Positions 39,857 to 50,800 of a DNA stretch of 57,247 nt are shown piece after piece; position 1 is the first letter of the stretch; each line of letters opens with the position of its first letter. The DNA is taken from the NCBI GenBank assembly GCA_040005235.1, contig JBDTZG010000034.1:1-57247 (forward strand). Reading direction: 5' to 3'. This DNA is from Acidobacteriota bacterium. Lineage in GTDB: Bacteria > Acidobacteriota > Thermoanaerobaculia > Multivoradales > UBA5704. The translations under genes were made by a program, and so were the position numbers. The notes beneath the pieces were generated by a model, which saw only the letters and a program-made list of their open reading frames with translations, ran no database searches and was not told the origin of the DNA.

Positions 39857-40258
39857 TCAGGAAAACCAATCTTCCAGAGTCAGAGATGGGACTCTGGAGA
39901 ATTCCTTGACGTTGTGGGTGATGAGGGTTAGGTCATTCGCCAAGGCGATGGCGGCAATCAGCAGATCGTTCGCGCCGATCATTTTTCCTGAGCGTTTTAG
40001 TTCCGACCGGATTTGACCATAGTGCTCAGCGCACCGGTCGTCAAAAGGAAGGCTCGCAATCGTCCGAAAGAAGATCGAGAGCGTTTCCAGGTTCGAACTG
40101 CGGCGGTCGCTCTGGTGGTAACCGTAAAGAAGCTCCGCCTTGACCACCGAGCAAATCAGGACGACGGTCGGAGAGTGCTTACGGAGACGGCGAGTCAGCG
40201 GAGCATTGCTACCGTTGAGAAAATCGATACAGGCATTGGTGTCGAGGAGGTATCTCAA
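39857..40258 (-). CDS. vapC: VapC-family PIN toxin
   Basis: YLLDTNACI, VVKAELLYG, IGANDLLIAAIA and THNVKEFSRV. Confidence 0.92.
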   Translation of the reverse strand: MRYLLDTNACIDFLNGSNAPLTRRLRKHSPTVVLICSVVKAELLYGYHQSDRRSSNLETLSIFFRTIASLPFDDRCAEHYGQIRSELKRSGKMIGANDLLIAAIALANDLTLITHNVKEFSRVPSLTLEDWFS

Positions 40259-40482
40259 ACGGGGTCTCGGTCCTCAAGGCGTGGCTGAAGTGGTCGCACC
40301 AAGGGCTCCCCTTGCCAGCTTCCGGCAACTCGCTCGAAGAAGCCTTTCGGCCAATCTGAGGGGCCGACTTCTCGTTGGATCAGATCGGCGACGTAAAGCG
40401 ACAGACTTAGGCCAGAATTGGCGGCCCGCTTTTCGACCGATTCTGCGAGTTCATCGGTAAGCTCGATCTGCAATTGGGTCAA
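40255..40482 (-). CDS. VapB-like antitoxin (ribbon-helix-helix-like N-terminus)
   Basis: TTG start after GGAGG: MTQLQIELTDELAESVEKRA...WPKGFFERVAGSW. 4-nt overlap with the toxin gene. Confidence 0.8.
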   Translation of the reverse strand: MTQLQIELTDELAESVEKRAANSGLSLSLYVADLIQREVGPSDWPKGFFERVAGSWQGEPLVRPLQPRLEDRDPV

Positions 40483-40603
40483 AGCCCACCTCCATCCGCG
40501 AAGCCTTACTGCCAACCGGGGTTGACGCCAGGCGATTATCCATCCCATGTCCTAGTCAGGGCAAGGCAGATCCTCCTCCATGTCCGCGATCGGTCAAACG
40601 GAA

Positions 40604-42151
40604 TCACGGACCGATCTCCTCCGCTCGTTGCGGCGACTCGGCCTCCGGGCGCAGCCGCTCCCACTCTTCAGCGGAGCGGACGCGATGGACGCGCATCAGG
40701 TTGGTGAGCGGCCGTTCGCGGATCGGGTGACCCATCAGCACGATGATCCGGTCGCCGGGAACGGCCAAGCCCGCGAGCTGGAGTTTGCGATCGACCAGCT
40801 GCATCATGCCGTCGAGGTGCTCGACGTCGCCGTCGGCGAGCAGCGGCCGGACCCCCCAGATCAGCTGCAACTGGCGGGCGACCCTGGGGTCGGGCGTGAA
40901 CGCCACGATCGGCGCTTCCGGCCGATAGCGAGCGGCGAGCCGCGCGGTGAAACCGCTTTGGGAGAACGCGACGATCCGCCGCACGCCCAGCTCGTCGGCG
41001 GCGAACACCGCGGCGGCCGAGACGAGATCCGGTACGTCGAGCGACGGGTCGCACTCCGGCGCGGTCGCGGTCGGATCGAGAGGGGTGCGGCGACGCACCT
41101 GCTCGGCGCCGAGCGGCCGGAAGGCGGTGCGCGACGGTCGGCGGCGCCGGTCGTACGCCTCGGCTTCGAGGATAATGCCGGCCATCGTCCGCACGACTTC
41201 CACGGGGTAGCGGCCGACGGTGGTCTCGCCCGAGAGCATCAAGGCGTCGGTGCCGTCGAACACGGCGTTCGCCACGTCGGTCGCCTCGGCGCGCGTGGGC
41301 CGCGGCTGCTCGATCATCGATTCAAGCATCTGGGTGGCGACGATCACCGGTTTACCCGCGCGGCGCGCGGCGGCGATGATCTCCTTCTGCCAGACCGGTA
41401 CGGTAGCGAGGGCGACTTCGACGCCGAGATCGCCGCGGGCGACCATCACGCCGTCGGCGGCGGAGCAGATCTCGTCGAGGTTCTTAAGCGCTGCCGCCCG
41501 TTCGAGCTTCGCGATGATCGGGATCGCGCCGCCAGCTTGGAGGGCCAAGGCGCGGATCGCCTCGACGTGCGCCGCTTCGCCGACGAAGCTCGCCGCGAGA
41601 AAATCGGCCTCTTCGGCGACCGCGAACGCTACGTCGGCGGCATCCTTGGGAGAAATCACGAAAGGCAACGTCGAATCGGGCAGGTTCAGACCCTTACGGC
41701 TGCGAATCGTCCCGCCGTTCGCCACCCGGGCGAGCAGGATCGAACCCTCGCGCGCCTCGATCGCCAGCTCGATCAGCCCCGCGTCGATCAGCACCCGCTC
41801 GCCCGGGGCGAGGTGGGCGAGAAACGCCGGGTCGTCTACGGCCAAGTCGGCGCCTTCCGCCGCCTCGCCCAGGCGCACGACCTCGCCCGCGACGAGCATT
41901 CGCCGGTCGCCGGGGATTAGCCCGAGCCGATAGCGCGGCCCCATCAGGTCGAGCACGATCGGCACGTGCCGCCGTACCGCGAGCGCCACCCGGCGCACCC
42001 GGCTGATCGTCTCCCGGTGCTCGCCTTCAGTGCCGTGAGAAAGATTGAGTCGAATCAGATCGACACCGACCTCCAGCAGCTCGCGGAGCACCGACTCCTC
42101 CGAGCTTGCGGGGCCGAGCGTCGCCATGATCTTGGCGCGTCGTTCAAGCAT
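40604..42151 (-). CDS. pyk: Pyruvate kinase
   Basis: RRAKIMATLGPAS, RLNLSHG, IIAKLER, MVARGDLGVE, ATQMLESM and MLSGET. Start set at MLERR. Confidence 0.95.
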   Translation of the reverse strand: MLERRAKIMATLGPASSEESVLRELLEVGVDLIRLNLSHGTEGEHRETISRVRRVALAVRRHVPIVLDLMGPRYRLGLIPGDRRMLVAGEVVRLGEAAEGADLAVDDPAFLAHLAPGERVLIDAGLIELAIEAREGSILLARVANGGTIRSRKGLNLPDSTLPFVISPKDAADVAFAVAEEADFLAASFVGEAAHVEAIRALALQAGGAIPIIAKLERAAALKNLDEICSAADGVMVARGDLGVEVALATVPVWQKEIIAAARRAGKPVIVATQMLESMIEQPRPTRAEATDVANAVFDGTDALMLSGETTVGRYPVEVVRTMAGIILEAEAYDRRRRPSRTAFRPLGAEQVRRRTPLDPTATAPECDPSLDVPDLVSAAAVFAADELGVRRIVAFSQSGFTARLAARYRPEAPIVAFTPDPRVARQLQLIWGVRPLLADGDVEHLDGMMQLVDRKLQLAGLAVPGDRIIVLMGHPIRERPLTNLMRVHRVRSAEEWERLRPEAESPQRAEEIGP

Positions 42152-42256
42152 GGCGGGAAGTGTATGGCAGGCGACCGAGATGAAACGAAGGGAACTCTTA
42201 TTCCGTATTAGTCCTGTAGTACACTGACTCACGGTCGCTGACGCTTCGGAGAATGG

Positions 42257-43159
42257 ATGATCGAGCTGGAAGGCCTCACCAAGACCTATGCCGACGGCAC
42301 GCAGGCGCTCCGGGGGGTGGATCTGCGTCTGGACCGGGGGATGGTGGGCCTTTTGGGTCCGAACGGGGCGGGGAAGACGACGTTTCTGTCGATCCTGGTC
42401 TTGGCGCTGGAGCCGAGCGCGGGGCGGCGAGTGTATGACGGGCTCGATGCCGCGCGCGCCCGGTCGCGGCCGGCGATCCGGCGGTCGATCGGCTACCTGC
42501 CGCAGGACTACCGGCCGCTCGCAGGGTTGACCGGGCGGGAGTACCTGCTCCATTGCGCCCGGCTGCGCGGGGTGCCGCTCTCTCGCCGGGCGCTCGAAGA
42601 GCGGACGCGGGAGCTGCTCTCGGCGGTGGGGCTCGCCGAGGCGGCCGACCGGCGGGCGATCGAGTACTCGGGCGGCATGCAGCGGCGGCTCGGGGTGGCG
42701 CAGGCAATCATCCATTCGCCGCGGCTCTTGGTGGTGGACGAGCCGACGGCGGGGCTCGACCCCGAGGAGCGGATTCGTTTTCGCACACTGATCGGCGAGG
42801 TGGCCGAGCAGACGGCCGTCCTGCTTTCGACCCACATCGTCGAAGACGTCGAGGCGACCTGCCCGCGGCTGGTGGTGATCGGCCAAGGGCGCCTGCTGTA
42901 CGACGGCACGCCCACCGAGCTGCTGCGCGGCGCGTCCGGTCATCTCTTCCGGTTTCCGGCCGGAGAGCCGCTGCCGCCGGGAGCCGTCGAGGTCACCTAC
43001 CGGGCCGACCGGGACGGGGCGGTCGAGCGGGTGGTTTGGAGTGAGACGCCGATCCCCGGTGCTCCCCCGCGCCCGGCCGGGCTCGAAGAGGCGTATGGCG
43101 CGTTCCTCGCGTTGCGCGGCGTGGCGGCCGCCGGTCCCCAGGAGGGGGCTGCGGCATGA
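42257..43159 (+). CDS. ABC transporter ATP-binding protein (ABC-2/DrrA-like)
   Basis: Walker A GPNGAGKTT, signature YSGGMQRR, Walker B LLVVDEPTAGLD and H-loop STH. Confidence 0.95.
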   Translation: MIELEGLTKTYADGTQALRGVDLRLDRGMVGLLGPNGAGKTTFLSILVLALEPSAGRRVYDGLDAARARSRPAIRRSIGYLPQDYRPLAGLTGREYLLHCARLRGVPLSRRALEERTRELLSAVGLAEAADRRAIEYSGGMQRRLGVAQAIIHSPRLLVVDEPTAGLDPEERIRFRTLIGEVAEQTAVLLSTHIVEDVEATCPRLVVIGQGRLLYDGTPTELLRGASGHLFRFPAGEPLPPGAVEVTYRADRDGAVERVVWSETPIPGAPPRPAGLEEAYGAFLALRGVAAAGPQEGAAA

Positions 43160-45978
43160 GGCTCCTCGCAGCGTTCATCCGCCATGAGCTGCGCATCGAG
43201 CGGCGTTCGCTCCGTTTTCGCGCCTTCGCGGTGGGCTACGTCCTGCTCGGATGTGTGCCGGCGGCGGCGATTCACCTGCGCCGCGAACGGCTCGATTACG
43301 TGATCGGCGGTGCCACCTATGCGAGCGCGACGTTGACCTGGCTGCCGCTTTTGTCGGTGCTGCTGGCCGCCCTCCTTTCGATGGATGGGATCAGCCGCGA
43401 ACGCGCCACCGGCGCCTGGACCACGGCGACTCTTTCCGGGGTCACCAACGTGGGGTATCTGCTGCGCCGTTTCGTGGCGCTCTTGACCCTCCTGCTGCCT
43501 TTGACCGCAATCCCCCTGCTTGTCGCGGCGGGCCTCGCGGTGGCCGACGTCGGCGGTGCCGGAGTCGGCGCCGCCTCGAACCTGGCGCCGTTTTACGGCC
43601 CTTGGCTGCTGCACGTCGTGCCGTGGACGGTGGCGGCCTCCGCGCTCGCCCTCGGCCTCGGGACGATCGGCGGCAACGCCGTCGGTTCGTTTCTGCTCGC
43701 GGCTCTGCTGTTCGGCGTCGTTCCGGTGGCGGGAAACGAGGCACTGAACCGGTTCGGGATGCGGTTCGATTCCCCCCTCGCCGGCCTGGACCTGCTACCA
43801 GCGCGGTGGACCGTGATCCTCCTCGCCGCTTCTCTTAAGGCCCAGGACGACCGGTGGACCTGGATGTTCCCTCTGCCGGAGACCGAGGCGGGCTTCGATC
43901 TCGGATCCGCGGCCGAGCAGAACCTGGCCGAAGGGCTTCAGTTCGGCGCATCGGCAGCGGCGGCGCTTGGGCTCGCCGTGCTGTTCTTGCGGCGCACCCG
44001 GCCGGACGTGCGGCCCCAGCGCATCCGGCCGGATCATCCGCTGCGCAACTTCCTGGTCGCGTTCGGCCGCCTGCGCGAGCAGTACACGCCGGACCCCAAA
44101 CCGGCGCCCGCCGATCTGGTCGCCCTCGCCTGCGCCCTCGGTCTGGCGGCGGGAGCCGTGGGACTCGAAGGTGCGCGCGCCGTCGGCTACGAGCGACTGG
44201 CCGAGCGGCGCTATCGGGCGGAAACGGGCGGCAAGCCGGCGCCGATGGCGGTCGCGGTGGTGCCGGAGACCTGGCGCATCGACGGGAGGTTCGAGACCTC
44301 GGGCACGGTCCAGGTCGAGGTTCGCGGCACGTTTAAAAACGGCGGTCGCGTACCGCAGAAGCACTTGGCCTTCTCCCTCAATCCCGATCTGGCAGTGACT
44401 GCCGCAACCGCCGACCGGGGCCGCGTCACCGTCGGCCGTGAGTGGGACCGGCTGGCGATCGAGGTCGATCCGCCGATCCCGCCGGGCGCCCGGCGGGAGC
44501 TTCGCCTTCGTCTTGCCGGTCTCCCGAGGGCGAACCATTTCAGTCTTCCGCAGGGGGGAGATGTCGCCTCCTTCGCGCGCGCCTTTGAGAAAAACCGCAA
44601 CGCGCGGCTCGGCCACGACCGCGCGGACCTTTCGCGCAGCTACCGGGTTCCGGCGATTTCGGGGCTGCGGGTGGATCTTTCGGCCGACGACCTGACCCCC
44701 GTTCCTCGCTACACGACCTGGGCGCAGAAGGGCGACGGCGGAGTCGCCGAAGAGGTCTATTTTCCTGTCGCGCGAGTTGAGATCGCCCTGACCGTACCCC
44801 GCGACCTGCTGGTCGCGGACAGCTGCGGCGGACTCTCCGATCCGGCCGGCCGGACCCGCGGCCGGCTGGACAGCCGGTGCAGCCTCTCGCTTTCCGAGCT
44901 GACGGTCCGCGGCGGGCGCCAGCGACTGCTGGCCCAAAGCACCCAGGACGGCGTGGCGGTGGGAGTCTTCCCGGCCCATCGCGCCGCGGGCGAGCTGCAC
45001 CTGGGGCTCTTCGCCGGCAGCTCGAAGTTGATGGAGGAAGCTTGGCCCGCCCAGGGCGACGATGGCGGAGGCGCTTCGGGAAAGAGCGGCCTGGGCCGCC
45101 TGGTGATTCTGGAGTGGCCGGGCGAAGGGGTGCACGATCGCCAGCATCTGAACCTGATTTCCGGCCGCTATCGCGATCCGTACGAGTCTTGGGTCACGGT
45201 GATCGGCAACCTCGCGTTCTTGGGGGAGACCGATTTGATCGCTACCGCGCCGCTGCCGCCCGAGCGGCTGGCGGCGGAGATCGTCTCCTCGCGCCTGGCG
45301 AGAAGGCGCCGGTTCGCTCCCGACGAGTCGTTGTTCTTCCGCCAGCTTCTTCGGACCCTTGTCCTCGAACGGCTCGGTCTCGGGGCGCAGACCGGCGCGG
45401 TGGTGGGACCGCTGTCGCCGCAGCAGATGGCGTCGGTGCGGACGCCCGCCGTGCATCCCGAGTCCTACGGCTACTGGAACAGCCGCTTCCCTTCGCTGAT
45501 CGCGGCGCTCGGCCGCCGGGCGGGCGCGGAGGCGCTCAGGTCGTCGGTGGAGGAATTGCTCGCCCCCGGTCCCGACCACGCCCAAACCCCGGCGACCTTC
45601 GAGGAGTTTGCGTCGATCTTGAAGCGGCGGAGCGAGCGCGACGTCGAGCCGATGCTCCGCGACTTCTTTCTCGCCGGCAAACTGCCGGAGCTGGTGCTCG
45701 AAGAGGTGAGCTTCGAACCCGCAGGAGGGGGCTGGCGGGTGACCGGCAAGGTCCACAACCTCGCCGACGGCGAGGCGATCTGCCGCCTTGTCCTCACCAC
45801 CGAGCTGGGGCCGGTCGAATTCGAAATCCGGATCGGCACGAACGAGACCACGCCTTTCGCATTTGCGACCGCTCATCGGCCGCAGGGAGTCTTTCTCGAT
45901 CCCGATCAGGAGTGCCATCGCATGGTGCGGATGGGCCTGCCGCGCGACCGGGTCTATCTCCAAGGGGTCCGGCGGTGA
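43156..45978 (+). CDS. ABC-2-type permease fused to a large extracytoplasmic M1-aminopeptidase-like domain lacking HEXXH
   Basis: The N-terminal ~330 aa are multi-TM with ISRERATGAW. The soluble region has FSLNPDLAV and a C-terminal PQGVFLDPD. LAAEIVSSR sits where HEXXH is expected. Confidence 0.65.
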   Translation: MRLLAAFIRHELRIERRSLRFRAFAVGYVLLGCVPAAAIHLRRERLDYVIGGATYASATLTWLPLLSVLLAALLSMDGISRERATGAWTTATLSGVTNVGYLLRRFVALLTLLLPLTAIPLLVAAGLAVADVGGAGVGAASNLAPFYGPWLLHVVPWTVAASALALGLGTIGGNAVGSFLLAALLFGVVPVAGNEALNRFGMRFDSPLAGLDLLPARWTVILLAASLKAQDDRWTWMFPLPETEAGFDLGSAAEQNLAEGLQFGASAAAALGLAVLFLRRTRPDVRPQRIRPDHPLRNFLVAFGRLREQYTPDPKPAPADLVALACALGLAAGAVGLEGARAVGYERLAERRYRAETGGKPAPMAVAVVPETWRIDGRFETSGTVQVEVRGTFKNGGRVPQKHLAFSLNPDLAVTAATADRGRVTVGREWDRLAIEVDPPIPPGARRELRLRLAGLPRANHFSLPQGGDVASFARAFEKNRNARLGHDRADLSRSYRVPAISGLRVDLSADDLTPVPRYTTWAQKGDGGVAEEVYFPVARVEIALTVPRDLLVADSCGGLSDPAGRTRGRLDSRCSLSLSELTVRGGRQRLLAQSTQDGVAVGVFPAHRAAGELHLGLFAGSSKLMEEAWPAQGDDGGGASGKSGLGRLVILEWPGEGVHDRQHLNLISGRYRDPYESWVTVIGNLAFLGETDLIATAPLPPERLAAEIVSSRLARRRRFAPDESLFFRQLLRTLVLERLGLGAQTGAVVGPLSPQQMASVRTPAVHPESYGYWNSRFPSLIAALGRRAGAEALRSSVEELLAPGPDHAQTPATFEEFASILKRRSERDVEPMLRDFFLAGKLPELVLEEVSFEPAGGGWRVTGKVHNLADGEAICRLVLTTELGPVEFEIRIGTNETTPFAFATAHRPQGVFLDPDQECHRMVRMGLPRDRVYLQGVRR

Positions 45979-46721
45979 CGGGGGCGCTTCGGAAGCCTCT
46001 CTCGCTGCCGCCTGGGCTTGGCCGGTGGACGGACCGCGTGAGGCGCCTGCTGCGGACGACGCGCCTGTCGCTGGAGCTGCTGCTCGGACGGCGCCTGCTG
46101 GTGTTTGCCGCGGTCGATTTCCTGGCGGTCTTGGCGGCGCTGTTCTCGATGTTGCTCGGCGCGGGCGACGAGCCGGCGGCGGTCTGGTCGGGAATCCTGC
46201 TGCCGCCGTTCCTGCTGCTCGGCCTGCCGGCTCTTTCCGGCGTCGTCGAGGTCGAACGGCGCGCGGGCTGCCTCGACCTCGCGCTCACCACGCCCGCCGC
46301 GGAAGGGTACTTCCTGCGCCGCGTGGCCTCGGTGTGCGGGGTTCTCTGCGCTCAGGGCTGGCTGCTGATGGGCATCGACTGGCTGCACGAAGGCGGAAAG
46401 GGATTTCCGCTGCTCCCGGTCCTGGTGCAGGTGGCGATCCACTCTCTCTTCCTGGGGGCGGTGGCACTCTTCTGGGCGGTGCGGCTCAAGAGCGGCGGGG
46501 CGGTCTGGCTGGCGTCGATGGGGACCGTCCTCGCCTTCTCCCGCTGGTTTTTCCTGAACCCGGTCCCCGACCGGCATCACGGGGTGTGGAACGGCTGGCT
46601 GCCCGGCCCCGAAGAATCGCTTTCCTGGTTGGGCGGCGCCCTCGTGCTCGGCGCCGCCACGCTGATCCTTTTTCTTTATGCCCGCCGGCGCCTGCGCCGG
46701 CCGGAGACGCTCGTTTCGTGA
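45975..46721 (+). CDS. ABC-2-permease-like membrane protein
   Basis: GTGA overlap with the upstream gene, about 6 TMs, and VEVERRAGCLDLALTTP resembling the ERxxGTLE..L.TP permease motif. Confidence 0.7.
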   Translation: MTGALRKPLSLPPGLGRWTDRVRRLLRTTRLSLELLLGRRLLVFAAVDFLAVLAALFSMLLGAGDEPAAVWSGILLPPFLLLGLPALSGVVEVERRAGCLDLALTTPAAEGYFLRRVASVCGVLCAQGWLLMGIDWLHEGGKGFPLLPVLVQVAIHSLFLGAVALFWAVRLKSGGAVWLASMGTVLAFSRWFFLNPVPDRHHGVWNGWLPGPEESLSWLGGALVLGAATLILFLYARRRLRRPETLVS

Positions 46722-46732
46722 TGGAGATCGCC

Positions 46733-47875
46733 ATGAAGACCCAGGCGCCGAAGATTCGCCTCGTGCTGTTGCCCGCCGTTCTGCTGATGCTCGGGGCCTG
46801 CGCCCAGGCGCCCGCTCCGCCGCCGGAAGAGGCGCCCGCGGCGCCCGTGCGGCTGGAGGTGGCCAAGCGCGAGACCTTCCAACCGGAGCTGATGGTGCTC
46901 GGCACCGTCCAGCCGGGAGGGATGGCCGAGGTGACCGTACCGACCGCAGGGAGAGTGCTCTATCCGGATCGGTTCGCGGCCGGCCTGATCGCGGGCGCCG
47001 ACGTGCGCGCTGGGGAGGTGCTCGCGCGGATTTCGTTCGGCGACGCCGACGCGGATCTGGCCGAGGCACGGCTGCGGGTCAAGGGAGCGGAATCGGAGGT
47101 CGCCCGCCACCAGCGGGCGTTCGACGCCGGGGTCGAGGCCGCCGTGATTCTCGCCTCGTTCAAAGCCGATCTGGAGATTGCCCGAAGTCGCCTCGCCGCT
47201 TCCGAGAACCGGCTCGGCCGGCTGTCGCTGCGGGCGCCGCTCTCTGGACGGCTGATCGTCGATTCCCGGATCGCGCCGCAGTCCGAGGTGGCGGTGGGTA
47301 TGGTCCTCGGACGGATCGCCGCCGCCGGGGCGCTATCGGTCGAGGGCCGGGCCGCAGCGGCGGATCGCGACCGACTGCACGCGGGGCTCGCCGTGCGGTT
47401 CGGAAGCGAGGGACACGAGGCGGGAGCGGGAACGGTGCGCGAGGTGGCACCGGTCGTCGATGCCGGGGGGACGATAAAGCTAATCGTTGCCGTCGGCGAT
47501 CCCGCCGGCCTGCCGGGTCCCGGCGAAGGAGTGGAGGTGCGGGTGGCGCTCGACCGCCACGAGCAGGCGCTCACCGTCCCCGAGGAGGCGTTGGTGGTGG
47601 CCGAGAGCGGCAGCGCGCTGTTCGTCGCCCAGAGGAGCCAAGGCCATCTGATCGCGCATCGGGAAGCGGTCGAGACGGGGGCGCGCGGCGGCGGCCGGGT
47701 CGAGATCCTGCGAGGCTTGAGCCCCGGCGACAAGGTGGTGGTGGGCGGCGCGGCGCTCCTGGCGGAAGGCGATCCGATCGCGGCGATTGAAGGGGGCGAA
47801 GGGAGCGAAGGGGGCGAATCGAGCGCAGCGGGCGCGGCGACCCCGGGCGGAGAAGCGGGAGAGGCGGGAAAATGA
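46733..47875 (+). CDS. RND periplasmic adaptor (membrane fusion protein), lipoprotein
   Basis: Lipobox LMLGAC, GTVQP, LRAPLSG, LTVPEEAL and VEILRGLSPGDKVV. Alternative start at 46721. Confidence 0.9.
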   Translation: MKTQAPKIRLVLLPAVLLMLGACAQAPAPPPEEAPAAPVRLEVAKRETFQPELMVLGTVQPGGMAEVTVPTAGRVLYPDRFAAGLIAGADVRAGEVLARISFGDADADLAEARLRVKGAESEVARHQRAFDAGVEAAVILASFKADLEIARSRLAASENRLGRLSLRAPLSGRLIVDSRIAPQSEVAVGMVLGRIAAAGALSVEGRAAAADRDRLHAGLAVRFGSEGHEAGAGTVREVAPVVDAGGTIKLIVAVGDPAGLPGPGEGVEVRVALDRHEQALTVPEEALVVAESGSALFVAQRSQGHLIAHREAVETGARGGGRVEILRGLSPGDKVVVGGAALLAEGDPIAAIEGGEGSEGGESSAAGAATPGGEAGEAGK

Positions 47876-50800
47876 TTCGCCGCGCCGTCTCCCGGCCGAT
47901 CTCGACGCTGATCGGCGCCTTCACCCTGGTGGTCTTAGGCGCCGTCTCGCTTCTCCGGCTGCCGGTCTCGCTGCTGCCGGCGCTCGAACGGCCGCGGCTC
48001 GACGTCACGGTCACGGTGACCGGCCGCTCGCGCGAGGAGGTGCTCGACCGCTTCACCCGGCCGTTGGAGCGGCGGCTCGCCGCGATCTCGGGGGTCACCT
48101 CGGTGCGCACGACGACGGGCGACGGCTTCGTCCGCGCCCGGGTCGAAAGCGAGTGGCAGACCGATGCCGACCGGCTGCGGATCGAGACCGAGCGGCGGCT
48201 GGCCGACCTCGACCCGACAGGTGAGGCGACGCTCGCGGTCGAAATGACGGCCGGCGATCCGGAGCCGATCATCGAGGTCGCGGTCCTGGGCGGTCCATCG
48301 GAGGGGGGCGGAGCCGCGCGGACCGATTTCGCCAAGAAGCTCCTGGTGCCCGAGCTGGCGCGGATCGAAGGGGCGGGCCGGGTGGAGACGGTGGGGCTCA
48401 CCCCGCGCCACGCGGTGATCTACCCCCAGGCGGCTGCGCTCACCGCCCGCGGCCTGACCGCCGCCGACCTGGTGGCCCGGCTGCGCACCGTGGGGATCGA
48501 CGCCGCCGCCGGCCGGGCGCGCTCGGGCGCCTCGGTCAGGCCGCTGCTGGTTAGGGAAGAGGCGCTGTCGCTCGATGCGCTCCGGGCGCTGCGCATTCCG
48601 GGACCGCGGGGAGAAAGCGTGCTCGGCGACGTCGCGCGGATCGATCTCGAAGAGGTCCAGGATGGAACGTTCTTCCGCCTCGCCCGCCAGGACGGCGCCC
48701 TGGTGCGGGTATTCCGCGCGCCGGAGGCGAACGCCGTCGCCCTGGCGGCGGCGGTGCGGGCGCGCACCGCGGAGCTTTCCGCCCGCGCGGGCTCCGGATT
48801 GAAGCTCGCGGTGGTCGACGACCGCAGCCGCGAGGTGCTCGGGGCGCTCGGCGAGTTGGGCCTCGGCGCGCTGTTCGGCCTGCTGCTTGGGACCGCAGTG
48901 CTGCGCCTGATCCTGGGAAGCTGGCGGCCGACGCTCGGCCTCGCGGTGGTGGTACCCGCTTCGCTGCTCACCGCGTTCGTCGGGTTTTCGCTCTGGGGCG
49001 CGGCGCTCGACGTGGTGTCGCTCGCGGGCCTCGCGCTCGCCGCCGGCATGCTGGTCGACAGCTCGATCGTGGTGCTCGAAGCGATCGAGACCGCCCGATC
49101 CCAGGGTGCGCCCGAGCCGGCGATCGCCGGGGCGCGCCAGATCGCCCTGCCGGTGATCGCGAGCTTCTGCACCACCGCGGTGGTCTTCCTACCTCTGATC
49201 TACCTGCGCGGCCTCGCCCGCGCGTTCTTCGGCGTCCAGGCCTTCGCCATCGTCACCTCGCTCGCCGCTTCGCTCCTCTTCTCCCTCACGGTGACGCCCG
49301 TCCTCGCCGGGAATCGAAGGGAGCGCAGGGAGCGCAAGGAGCGCGGCGGGCTGGAGGAGAACACCGCCGGCCGTAGCGTCGGGCGAGGGCGGTACCTGAG
49401 TCTGCTCGATCGGGTGCTCGCGCGGCCCTCTTTGGTGGTCGTTGCGGCGCTCGCCGTCGCCGCGCTCGCCCTGCTGGCCTTTGCCCGTCTGCCGCGCGAG
49501 CTGGTACCTGAGGCGGTTTCGGCGGATCTCGTCGTCCGTTGGCGCCTCGCGCCGGATCTCACTCCGGAAGCGGCGCGGAAGCTGGGGGTGGCGGTCGAAG
49601 AGCTGGCGGCGCGCACGGTGGCTGTGGCGGAGCCCGGCGAAAAGACGCCGGAACGGACGGCGCTCCAGGCGCTCCAACTGCTGCCGCCCGAGCCGGGCGA
49701 GGACCGCGACGAGACCGGCCGGCTCTTCCTCACCTTTCCCGATGTCGCAAGCGCCGCCCGTGAGCGCCCTCGCCTCGCGGCGGCGCTCGCCCGGCTGCCC
49801 GACGTCGAGACCTGGATCGAGCCCCGCCCGAGCGCTTTCGTCGACGCGATCCAGAGCGCCGGCCGGCGGCTCGAAGTGGTCGCGACCGCCGCCGATCCCG
49901 CCCGGGCCGAGGCGCTCGCCGCGCGCGCCGCCACAGCCTTGGGCGCGACGTCCAAGGAGCGGCGGCGGGCGGCTTCAAGCGACCGGCCGCAGGCCGCCGT
50001 TCTGCTTTCGTGGGATCTCGCCCGCCTCGCCGCCCTGGGTCTGGACCGGGCGGCGGTGGAAACCCAGGTGCGGCAGAGTTTGGGGGATCAGGTCGCCGGG
50101 CGCGTGCATCTCGAAGGGGTCGAGCCGGAGATCCTGGTGCGCGCCGTCGAGCCGGCCGATCCGCGCCTGCTGCCGGTGAGCCTTCCCGCCTCGGCCGAGC
50201 TCGGCGGTTCCGGCGGGGTGGTGCCGCTCGCCGCCCTCGCGCGGCTGGTGCCGGGCGCCCGACCTTCGTATCTCGAACGGCAGGACGGCCGGCCCGCGGC
50301 GCGGCGGGCGTTCGAATCGGTGCATGGCGACCCGGAGGCGGCGCTCGCGCGGCTGAACCAGACGACGAAACGCGGCGCGGGCGAGGAGATCTCGCTCGCC
50401 GGCCAGGCGCTGGAGCTGCGCCGCGCTTTCGGACAGCTTCGGCTCGCGCTCCTGCTCTCGTTCGCCCTGGTCTTCTTGACCGTCGCCGCGCTCTACGAGT
50501 CGTTCCGCATTCCGCTGGTCGTCATGGTCACCGTGCCGGTCGCGCTGGGCGGCGCCTTGGGCCTGCTGCTGCTCGCCGGCCAGAGCCTCAACATTCTTTC
50601 GTTCCTGGGGTTGATCCTGCTCGGCGGAATCGTCGCGAACAACGCGATCGTCCTGGTCCACCGGATCGAAGAAAACCGCCGGGCGGTTCCCATGGCTCCG
50701 ATGGCTCTGGACGCCGCCGCCCCGGCCGAGTCGCCGAGGGATCGAATCACCGCCGCGATTCGCCGCGCCGCCGCCGAGCGCTACCGGCCGATCGTGATGA

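Noticed and set aside
42152-42943. Long N-terminal extension on pyruvate kinase (779-aa ORF)
   Set aside because: The extension is antisense to the ABC ATPase gene, and pyruvate kinase homology starts at ATG 42151.
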